DNA of 64,000 nucleotides from Eledone cirrhosa (taxonomy: Eukaryota): contig OZ024752.1 in the NCBI GenBank assembly GCA_964016885.1, forward strand, positions 5,394,001-5,458,000, written 5' to 3'. The stretch's first letter is position 1, and every line of letters begins with the position of its first letter. A program made the translations under genes and the position numbers. Shown piece by piece: positions 25,086-38,722 of this stretch. Under the pieces are notes generated by a model. It had not been told where the DNA came from, ran no database searches, and was given only the letters and a program-made list of their open reading frames with translations.

Positions 25086-27505
25086 ATGTGTTGATTTTTG
25101 ACAGCTATGGTATAAATGTCTGTAATTTCAAGCTATCTATATTGTCAGGATATTTGTTAGGGAAAAAATGTGAAATGTTATTATGTAAACATTATTTATT
25201 TCAATATAATAAAGAAATATTATTAGAAAGATGAAAACACAAATATAAATGATATAAATAATTATAATTTAGTACTTACTAAATAATGCACGTACTACAA
25301 ATACCATGGTCGCAGTCTTGTTGTGACAGGAAATGTATAAGTTAGTAGCGGAAAGAAGGGTGAAGTGTAAAATATTTGGTTTACTGGACTCCACAGATGC
25401 GTTAAACTTATTATGTACAATAGGCTTCCAATTAGGACTATTAGTTTGCACACCTCGCACCTCCCAGGATGTAATTGTCTCTGGATCATCAATAGGACAT
25501 TGGAAAATTAGGTTTTCATTTACCCTGAGAAATCTTGTACCAACTCTTGTGGTAGGAACTGAAAAAGAACAAAACAAAATATATATATATATACAATTGA
25601 TTACGTTCTTTAATTTTTCTAATGGAAGAGGAACAATTTGAAATAAATTAAAATATTATGGATTACACAGAATTAATTGGAAAATAAATGTTTTATGTAT
25701 ATTTTAAAGCTAAATACAGATATAGTTATTGAGGACTAATGGAATGGAATAAAGTATGAATGTCAGGTTGAAATCCTGCCAATATTTCACAATGGATATC
25801 GAAAATATCACATTGGTGTGAAAGACTAAAAAACTATAATGACATCTACTGATAATAGGAAACAATGTTTGTAAAATAAATGGAAATATCAGCCTGAAAG
25901 CAGACATTCGAATATTAAAGGACATACAACTAATGAACTGGGCATAATTTTGGTCAGAACTGGGCATCCCACAAGATGGTCATCCTGGTGACATAAGAAA
26001 AAAGCACCCTGTCCATCATGTAACATGGATGTGCTGGTGACACCAAAAAGGTATCCAGTCTGCCCTGTAAGATGGTTGTGCTGGTGACATGATGAAAAAG
26101 CACTAAGTCCAGCCTGTTAGATGACCTTTCTGGTGCCACAATAAAAGCACCCAGTCCACACTGTAACAGGTTTGGCCTTAGAAAGATCATCCAGATGAAG
26201 AACCAAACCAAAATACAAATACAAGACATGGTCATTTTATATAATAAACTACTGGATATTGGAGGAAACAGTGTGATATTTCACACACTCCACTTTATAC
26301 AATAAACTACTGGATATTGGAGGAAACAGTGTGATATTTCACACATTCCACCTTATACAATAAACTACTGGATATTGGAGGAAACAGTGTGATATTTCAC
26401 ACATTCCACCTTATACAATAAACTACTGGATATTGGAGGAAACAGTGTGATATTTCACACATTCCACCTCATACAATAAACTACTGGATATTGGAGGAAA
26501 CAGTGTGATATTTCACACATTCCACCTCATACAATAAACTACTGGATATTGGAGGAAACAGTGTGATATTTCACACATTCCACCTTATACAATAAACTAC
26601 TGGATGTTGGAGGAAACAGTGTGATATTTCACACATTCCACCTTATACAATAAACTACTGGATGTTGGAGGAAACAGTGTGATATTTCACACATTCCACC
26701 TTATACAATAAACTACTGGATATTGGAGGAAACAGTGTGATATTTCACACATTCCACCTTATACAATAAACTACTGGATATTGGAGGAAACAGTGCGATA
26801 TTTCACACATTCCACCTCATACAATAAACTACTGGATATTGGAGGAAACAGTGTGATATTTCACACATTCCACCTTATACAATAAACTACTGGATATTGG
26901 AGGAAACAGTGTGATATTTCACACATTCCACCTTATACAATAAACTACTGGATATTGGAGGAAACAGTGTGATATTTCACACATTCCACCTTATACAATA
27001 AACTACTGGATATTGGAGGAAACAGTGTGATATTTCACACATTCCACCTTATACAATAAACTACTGGATGTTGGAGGAAACAGTGTGATATTTCACACAT
27101 TCCACCTCATACAATAAACTACTGGATATTGGAGGAAACAGTGTGATATTTCACACATTCTACCTTATACAATAAACTACTGGATATTGGAGGAAACAAT
27201 GTGATATTTCACACACTCCACCTTATACAATAAACTACTGGATGGTGTTGTTATATGCACCATTTTCTAATTTTGTCGTGCGTAATGCTAAGAGCACTAA
27301 TTGAGGTTCTTCGCCACTTTTGAATGCCTTTTTTATTGTCTGTATATTTCTCTCAAAGTGTATAGCTCAGAGATCAGAGAGTCACTCCAGGTAGAACTGC
27401 TACTTCTCCAGATTGAGAGATCACAGCTCTGATAATATGGGCATATGGTTAGAATGTCTCAGGGAAGAATTGGTGAGCAAGAAGAAGGAGGAGAAGAAGA
27501 AGGAG

Positions 27506-27572
<67 letters not shown>

Positions 27573-27609
27573 CATACATATATATATATACATACATATA
27601 TATATATAT

Positions 27610-27654
<45 letters not shown>

Positions 27655-30600
27655 CATATATATATATATGTACATACATATATATATATATATATATGTA
27701 CATATATATATATATATACATATATATACATACATATATATATATATATATACATACATACAAATACATACATATATATATATACATACATACATATATG
27801 GTGGCTGCCAACTCGTTTTCGAGTACGGCCACTACTTTATATTCATGTAGGAGAACCCATACCGATGCGCTGAACGTGTGTGACTTTTTAGTCCAGCCAG
27901 CGACTTGAAAACTCTGGTACAAACATTACACTTGTGATAATCATTGACACATAGTGCTGGTCCCATGTGACAACAAGTGCAGAGAGATCTCCAGATATAA
28001 AGCAATGCCTGTGCCATGAAGCTTTTATAGTGAGCAAAGGCAGTGCACAAGGCCAGTCCCACTCTCTTGACCAAGATGATATTTACCAAAAAGAAGAACA
28101 AGTCAACATCATTTGATACCATCAGGGTTGCAGGTGTTATATCAGAGTTTTCCTTCTCCTAGAATTCTGCCTTGACAAAGGCTAAGGGATCATCTCTCCC
28201 GGTGATTTTGGATGGCCATTGACTCTTAAGAGCTCCTTTGCCCTTTGACAGGTTTTGTTTTTTAGTCCTGCAGGATGTCCAAAGTCACCCTCCTCACCAA
28301 GAAACCTTGGTGGGGTTGCCAGTTTAGTCGCCAACAACCCGACCATGAGACAGGTTGTACTGGGATACATGTTACCAGTAGCACCAACTGGTGACCTGAC
28401 ATATATATATATATACATACATACAAATACATACATATATATATATACATACATACATATACATACATACATATACACACAAACGTACATATACACACAA
28501 CCATATATACACACAAACATATATATACATATATATAAACATACATAATATATACATACATATATATACACATACATATATATAAACATACATATATACA
28601 CATACATATATATAAACATACATATATACAAAGATACATAATATATACATACATATATATAAACATACATATATATATACACATACATATATATAAACAT
28701 ACATATATACACATACATATATATACACATACATATATATAAACATACATATATACACATACATATATACAAACATACATATATATACATACATACATAT
28801 ATATACATACACATACATATATATACATAAACACACACACACATATATACCCTCACACACAGATATTCATATACACCCACATATATATTTTTAAAATTAA
28901 CTTACCATATACTGTGATGTGGTACATGCTACCATGTACACTAGATCTGCAAATAATACTCATGTTGTCTTCCTGTATAGTTATATTAATGATAGTCAAT
29001 GTACAGATAGTATTTTGACAACTAGTTATTTGACGGTTGCCAAAATATTTATCATTGCCTATGTCATTCAATCCAATATATACAGCAATAAGTGATCCAT
29101 CTCCAGTACGCCATATTGTAATATCTCCCCTCTTTCTTACACATTTCAATGTGAAGTTTTTATCTTCTATAGCATTTGGTGTTTCAGAACTTGGGTAAAG
29201 ATTCTTCCCAGTCTCATCTAAAAACACAAATTAAGACGAGATAAAATAAGAATTAATCCAAAATTTAAGAGAAATTTTAACAATAAATTGAAACAAGCCT
29301 AATAGTTCATATTCCATTTGTGTGAAGACAGGCAGGGCTGTGCTGTTTAGCCCATGGAAGCAGGGAAAGCAGATGCAAAGTATGTTGATGATGATGATGA
29401 TGATAGTGATGATGAGCATAGTATTAGGGGGAGTGGGGTGTTATATGGAATTGACTTAGATTTTTAGTTGTTTCTTATGTTACATCACCAGTAGCAGCAG
29501 CACCACGACCCCCCCAACATCATCATCACTACTACTACCACCACCACCAGCACCATCGACCCCCACCACATTCATAGCCATCACTACCACCATCACAACC
29601 GCCGCCGCCGTCATCACCACCACCACCACCAACACCATCATCAGCATCACCACCAACATCATCACCATCACCACCACCATCACTGCCAACACCATCATCA
29701 CCACCACCACCACCACCACCACCACCAACACCATCATCACCATCACCACCAACATCATCACCACCACCATCACCATCACCACCACCATCACTGCCAACAC
29801 CACCACCACCACCACCACCATCACTGCCAACACCACCATCATCATAAATAATACAAAAAATAAATTATATTCAGATATAAGATAAATCTAAATGTGCTAA
29901 ACATGTCACAAAAGAGATTTTATGGAGGGAAGAGTAAATGGAATGATTCTGAGCAAGAATCATGAGATACAAAATTCAAGTTCAATTTATAATGTGTCAC
30001 ATTAATAGATTTAATAAATGATTTTAATGACAATATATAGAGGGCTGATAACTTATTAATATAACTGTTTCTTGTAAAAATATGCTCTTACCAATATACA
30101 ATAAAATTGTGGTATTAGATAATAATCAAACTGTAATATCCTGTATCTGTGTGTAGACATACAAAATATATTGTAATACTTTATAAGATCTACAAAATCA
30201 TTGTTGCTTTATAAGAGAAAGGCAACTTTCTAACAATAGGAAGTTGAGGGAACAGTGTTAGTTTTTTCAACATTGTTGCTGATATTGTGAGAAATAGCAG
30301 CCAAATCTCACCTTACTGTTTTTCAGATCATTGTTTAAATCTAGTGACATGAAAATAATATATTAGATAAGGGTCATCTTAACTAAACTGTAATCCTTAT
30401 AGGTTTGCTTCATTAGGGATGACTTAGGAATACATAACAACAAATAGGGAGAGGGAAAACAGATTTTATCAAAGAACAAATGAATAATTGAGTAGTTTCT
30501 ACTGTGTTTTCGGATGAACCAATTAACTTCAACTGTAAACATTATTTTTAGTTGTTTTACTTCTTTTACATCTAAAATTGAGTTTATGCATTGAATTCTT

Positions 30601-30951
30601 CAAATCCAGAATTATTCAGGAATAATGTACCTGGTGACAATCAAAAGAAGCGAGGTAGGTGTAAAAGCCAAACTCATTATCTTCAATTTGGTATTCATGC
30701 CAACCCTTATAAATCTTGGGTAATGACCAAAATACAATCGCAAATACAAGTGGCCGAAATGGGGTTCCTCTGAAGGGTCTTTGGAGTAACGTTACTCGAT
30801 AGAGTGTATAGCTCAGAGATCAGAGAGTCACTCCAGGTAGAACTGCTACTTCTCCAGATTGAGAGATCACAGCTCTGATAATATGGGCATATGGTTAGAA
30901 TGTCTCAGGGAAGAATTGGTGAGCAAGAAGAAGGAGGAGAAGAAGAAGGAG

Positions 30952-31007
<56 letters not shown>

Positions 31008-34000
31008 ATGTGTTGATTTTTGACAGCTATGGTATAAATGTCTGTAATTTCAAGCTATCTATATTGTCAGGATATTTGTTAGGGAAAAAATGTGAAATGT
31101 TATTATGTAAACATTATTTATTTCAATATAATAAAGAAATATTATTAGAAAGATGAAAACACAAATATAAATGATATAAATAATTATAATTTAGTACTTA
31201 CTAAATAATGCACGTACTACAAATTCCATGGTCGCAGTCTTGTTGTGACAGGAAATGTATGAGTTAGTAGCGGAAAGAAGGGTGAAGTGTAAAATATTTG
31301 GTTTACTGGACTCCACAGATGCGTTAAACTTATTATGTACAATAGGCTTCCAATTAGGACTATTAGTTTGCACACCTCGCACCTCCCAGGATGTAATTGT
31401 CTCTGGATCATCAATAGGACATTGGAAAATTAGGTTTTCATTTACCCTGAGAAATCTTGTACCAACTCTTGTGGTAGGAACTGAAAAAGAACAAAACAAA
31501 ATATATATATATATACAATTGATTACGTTCTTTAATTTTTCTAATGGAAGAGGAACAATTTGAAATAAATTAAAATATTATGGATTACACAGAATTAATT
31601 GGAAAATAAATGTTTTATGTATATTTTAAAGCTAAATACAGATATAGTTATTGAGGACTAATGGAATGGAATAAAGTATGAATGTCAGGTTGAAATCCTG
31701 CCAATATTTCACAATGGATATCGAAAATATCACATTGGTGTGAAAGACTAAAAAACTATAATGACATCTACTGATAATAGGAAACAATGTTTGTAAAATA
31801 AATGGAAATATCAGCCTGGAAGCAGACATTCGAATATTAAAGGTCATACAACTGCTGAACTGGGCATAATTTTGGTCAGAACTGGGCATCCCACAAGATG
31901 GTCATCCTGGTGACATAAGAAAAAAGCACCCTGTCCATCATGTAACATGGATGTGCTGGTGACACCAAAAAGGTATCCAGTCTGCCCTGTAAGATGGTTG
32001 TGCTGGTGACATGATGAAAAAGCACTAAGTCCAGCCTGTTAGATGACCTTTCTGGTGCCACAATAAAAGCACCCAGTCCACACTGTAACAGGTTTGGCCT
32101 TAGAAAGATCATCCAGATGAAGAACCAAACCAAAATACAAATACAAGACATGGTCATTTTATATAATAAACTACTGGATATTGGAGGAAACAGTGTGATA
32201 TTTCACACACTCCACTTTATACAATAAACTACTGGATATTGGAGGAAACAGTGTGATATTTCACACACTCCACCTTATACAATAAACTACTGGATATTGG
32301 AGGAAACAGTGTGATATTTCACACATTCCACCTTATACAATAAACTACTGGATGTTGGAGGAAACAGTGTGATATTTCACACATTCCACCTTATACAATA
32401 AACTACTGGATATTGGAGGAAACAGTGTGATATTTCACACATTCCACCTTATACAATAAACTACTGGATATTGGAGGAAACAGTGTGATATTTCACACAC
32501 TCCACCTTATACAATAAACTACTGGATATTGGAGGAAACAGTGTGATATTTCACACATTCCACCTTATACAATAAACTACTGGATGTTGGAGGAAACAGT
32601 GCGATATTTCACACATTCCACCTTATACAATAAACTACTGGATGTTGGAGGAAACAGTGTGATATTTCACACATTCCACCTTATACAATAAACTACTGGA
32701 TGTTGGAGGAAACAGTGTGATATTTCACACATTCCACCTTATACAATAAACTACTGAATGTTGGAGGAAGCAGTGTGATATTTCACACACTCCACCTTAT
32801 ACAATAAACTACTGGATGTTGGAGGAAACAGTGCGATATTTCACACATTCCACCTTATACAATAAACTACTGGATATTGGAGGAAACAGTGTGATATTTC
32901 ACACACTCCACCTCATACAATAAACTACTGGATATTGGAGGAAACAATGTGATATTTCACACACTCCACCTTATACAATAAACTACTGGATATTGGAGGA
33001 AACAGTGTGATATTTCACACATTCCACCTTATGTGATATTTCACACATTCCACCTTATACAATAAACTACTGGATATTGGAGGAAACAGTGTGATATTTC
33101 ACACACTCCACCTTATACAATAAACTACTGGATGTTGGAGGAAACAGTGTGATATTTCACACACTCCACCTTATACAATAAACTACTGGATATTGGAGGA
33201 AACAGTGTGATATTTCACACATTCCACCTTATACAATAAACTACTGGATATTGGAGGAAACAGTGTGATATTTCACACACTCCACCTTATACAATAAACT
33301 ACTGGATGTTGGAGGAAACAGTGTGATATTTCACACACTCCACCTTATACAATAAACTACTGGATATTGGAGGAAACAGTGTGATATTTCACACACTCCA
33401 CCTTATACAATAAACTACTGGATATTGGAGGAAACAGTGTGATATTTCACACACTCCACCTTATACAATAAACTACTGGATGTTGGAGGAAACAGTGTGA
33501 TATTTCACACATTCCACCTTATACAATAAACTACTGGATATTGGAGGAAACAGTGTGATATTTCACACACTCCACCTTATACAATAAACTACTGGATATT
33601 GGAGGAAACAGTGTGATATTTCACACATTCCACCTCATACAATAAACTACTGGATGTTGGAGGAAACAATGTGATATTTCACACATTCCACCTTATACAA
33701 TAAACTACTGGATATTGGAGGAAACAGTGTGATATTTCACACATTCCACCTTATACAATAAACTACTGGATGTTGGAGGAAACAGTGTGATATTTCACAC
33801 ATTCCACCTTATACAATAAACTACTGGATATTGGAGGAAACAGTGTGATATTTCACACATTCCACCTTATACAATAAACTACTGGATATTGGAGGAAACA
33901 GTGTGATATTTCACACATTCCACCTTATACAATAAACTACTGGATGTTGGAGGAAACAGTGTGATATTTCACACATTCCACCTTATACAATAAACTACTG

Positions 34001-35193
34001 GATATTGGAGGAAACAGTGTGATATTTCACACACTCCACCTTATACAATAAACTACTGGATATTGGAGGAAACAGTGTGATATTTCACACATTCCACCTC
34101 ATACAATAAACTACTGGATATTGGAGGAAACAATGTGATATTTCACACATTCCACCTTATACAATAAACTACTGGATATTGGAGGAAACAGTGTGATATT
34201 TCACACATTCCACCTTATACAATAAACTACTGGATGTTGGAGGAAACAGTGTGATATTTCACACATTCCACCTTATACAATAAACTACTGGATATTGGAG
34301 GAAACAGTGTGATATTTCACACATTCCACCTTATACAATAAACTACTGGATATTGGAGGAAACAATGTGATATTTCACACATTCCACCTTATACAATAAA
34401 CTACTGGATATTGGAGGAAACAGTGTGATATTTCACACATTCCACCTTATACAATAAACTACTGGATGTTGGAGGAAACAGTGTGATATTTCACACATTC
34501 CACCTTATACAATAAACTACTGGATATTGGAGGAAACAGTGTGATATTTCACACATTCCACCTTATACAATAAACTACTGGATATTGGAGGAAACAGTGT
34601 GATATTTCACACATTCCACCTCATACAATAAACTACTGGATATTGGAGGAAACAGTGCGATATTTCACACACTCCACCTTATACAATAAACTACTGGATA
34701 TTGGAGGAAACAGTGTGATAATTCACACATTCCACCTTATACAATAAACTACTGGATGTTGGAGGAAACAGTGTGATATTTCACACATTCCACCTTATAT
34801 AATAAACTACTGGATGTTGGAGGAAACAGTGTGATATTTCACACATTCCACCTTATACAATAAACTACTGGATATTGGAGGAAACAGTGTGATATTTCAC
34901 ACACTCCACCTTATACAATAAACTACTGGATGGTGTTGTTATATGCACCATTTTCTAATTTTGTCGTGCGTAATGCTAAGAGCACTAATTGAGGTTCTTC
35001 GCCACTTTTGAATGCCTTTTTTATTGTCTGTATATTTCTCTCAAAGTGTATAGCTCAGAGATCAGAGAGTCACTCCAGGTAGAACTGCTACTTCTCCAGA
35101 TTGAGAGATCACAGCTCTGATAATATGGGCATATGGTTAGAATGTCTCAGGGAAGAATTGGTGAGCAAGAAGAAGGAGGAGAAGAAGAAGGAG

Positions 35194-35274
<81 letters not shown>

Positions 35275-35311
35275 CATACATATATATATATACATACATA
35301 TATATATATAT

Positions 35312-35356
<45 letters not shown>

Positions 35357-38300
35357 CATATATATATATATGTACATACATATATATATATATATATATG
35401 TACATATATATATATATATACATATATATACATACATATATATATATATACATACATACAAATACATACATATATATATATACATACATACATATATGGT
35501 GGCTGCCAACTCGTTTTCGAGTACGGCCACTACTTTATATTCATGTAGGAGAACCCATACCGATGCGCTGAACGTGTGTGACTTTTTAGTCCAGCCAGCG
35601 ACTTGAAAACTCTGGTACAAACATTACACTTGTGATAATCATTGACACATAGTGCTGGTCCCATGTGACAACAAGTGCAGAGAGATCTCCAGATATAAAG
35701 CAATGCCTGTGCCATGAAGCTTTTATAGTGAGCAAAGGCAGTGCACAAGGCCAGTCCCACTCTCTTGACCAAGATGATATTTACCAAAAAGAAGAACAAG
35801 TCAACATCATTTGATACCATCAGGGTTGCAGGTGTTATATCAGAGTTTTCCTTCTCCTAGAATTCTGCCTTGACAAAGGCTAAGGGATCATCTCTCCCGG
35901 TGATTTTGGATGGCCATTGACTCTTAAGAGCTCCTTTGCCCTTTGACAGGTTTTGTTTTTTAGTCCTGCAGGATGTCCAAAGTCACCCTCCTCACCAAGA
36001 AACCTTGGTGGGGTTGCCAGTTTAGTCGCCAACAACCCGACCATGAGACAGGTTGTACTGGGATACATGTTACCAGTAGCACCAACTGGTGACCTGACAT
36101 ATATATATATATACATACATACAAATACATACATATATATATATACATACATACATATACATACATACATATACACACAAACGTACATATACACACAACC
36201 ATATATACACACAAACATATATATACATATATATAAACATACATAATATATACATACATATATATACACATACATATATATAAACATACATATATACACA
36301 TACATATATATAAACATACATATATACAAAGATACATAATATATACATACATATATATAAACATACATATATATATACACATACATATATATAAACATAC
36401 ATATATACACATACATATATATACACATACATATATATAAACATACATATATACACATACATATATACAAACATACATATATATACATACATACATATAT
36501 ATACATACACATACATATATATACATAAACACACACACACATATATACCCTCACACACAGATATTCATATACACCCACATATATATTTTTAAAATTAACT
36601 TACCATATACTGTGATGTTGTACATGCTACTATGTACACTAGATATGCAAATAATACTCATGTTGTCTTCCTGTATAGTTATATTAATGATAGTCAATGT
36701 ACAGATAGTATTTTGACAACTAGTTATTTGACGGTTGCCAAAATATTTATCAAAGCCTGGGTCATTCAATCCATAATATACAGCAATAAGTGATCCATCT
36801 CCAGTAAACCAATATGTATAATCTCCCCTCTTTCTTACACATTTCAATGTGAAGTTTTTATCTTCTATAGCATTTGGTGTTTCAGAACTTGGGTAAAGAT
36901 TCTTCCCAGTCTCATCTAAAAACACAAATTAAGACGAGATAAAATAAGAATTAATCCAAAATTTAAGAGAAATTTTAACAATAAATTGAAACAAGCCTAA
37001 TAGTTCATATTCCATTTGTGTGAAGACAGGCAGGGCTGTGCTGTTTAGCCCATGGAAGCAGGGAAAGCAGATGCAAAGTATGTTGATGATGATGATGATG
37101 ATAGTGATGATGAGCATAGTATTAGGGGGAGTGGGGTGTTATATGGAATTGACTTAGATTTTTAGTTGTTTCTTATGTTACATCACCAGTAGCAGCAGCA
37201 CCACGACCCCCCCAACATCATCATCACTACTACTACCACCACCACCAGCACCATCCACCCCCACCACATTCATAGCCATCACTACCACCATCACAACCGC
37301 CGCCGCCGTCATCACCACCACCACCACCAACACCATCATCAGCATCACCACCAACATCATCACCATCACCATCACCACCACCATCACTGCCAACACCATC
37401 ATCACCACCACCACCACCACCACCACCACCATCATCACCATCACCACCAACATCATCACCACCACCATCACCATCACCACCACCATCACTGCCAACACCA
37501 TCATCACCATCACCACCACCACCACCATCACTGCCAACACCACCATCATCATAAATAATACATAAAATAAATTATATTCAGATATAAGATAAATCTAAAT
37601 GTGCTAAACATGTCACAAAAGAGATTTTATGGAGGGAAGAGTAAATGGAATGATTCTGAGCAAGAATCATGAGATACAAAATTCAAGTTCAATTTATAAT
37701 GTGTCACATTAATAGATTTAATAAATGATTTTAATGACAATATATAGAGGGCTGATAACTTATTAATATAACTGTTTCTTGTAAAAATATGCTCTTACCA
37801 ATATACAATAAAATTGTGGTATTAGATAATAATCAAACTGTAATATCCTGTATCTGTGTGTAGACATACAAAATATATTGTAATACTTTATAAGATCTAC
37901 AAAATCATTGTTGCTTTATAAGAGAAAGGCAACTTTCTAACAATAGGAAGTTGAGGGAACAGTGTTAGTTTTTTCAACATTGTTGCTGATATTGTGAGAA
38001 ATAGCAGCCAAATCTCACCTTACTGTTTTTCAGATCATTGTTTAAATCTAGTGACATGAAAATAATATATTAGATAAGGGTCATCTTAACTAAACTGTAA
38101 TCCTTATAGGTTTGCTTCATTAGGGATGACTTAGGAATACATAACAACAAATAGGGAGAGGGAAAACAGATTTTATCAAAGAACAAATGAATAATTGAGT
38201 AGTTTCTACTGTGTTTTCGGATGAACCAATTAACTTCAACTGTAAACATTATTTTTAGTTGTTTTACTTCTTTTACATCTAAAATTGAGTTTATGCATTG

Positions 38301-38668
38301 AATTCTTCAAATCCAGAATTATTCAGGAATAATGTACCTGGTGACAATCAAAAGAAGCGAGGTAGGTGTAAAAGCCAAACTCACTATCTTCAATTTGGTA
38401 TTCATGCCAACCCTTATCTATGGCCATAAATCTTGGGTAATGACCAAAATACAATCGCAAATACAAGTGGCCGAAATGGGGTTCCTCTGAAGGGTCTTTG
38501 GAGTAACGTTACTCGATAGAGTGTATAGCTCAGAGATCAGAGAGTCACTCCAGGTAGAACTGCTACTTCTCCAGATTGAGAGATCACAGCTCTGATAATA
38601 TGGGCATATGGTTAGAATGTCTCAGGGAAGAATTGGTGAGCAAGAAGAAGGAGGAGAAGAAGAAGGAG

Positions 38669-38722
<54 letters not shown>

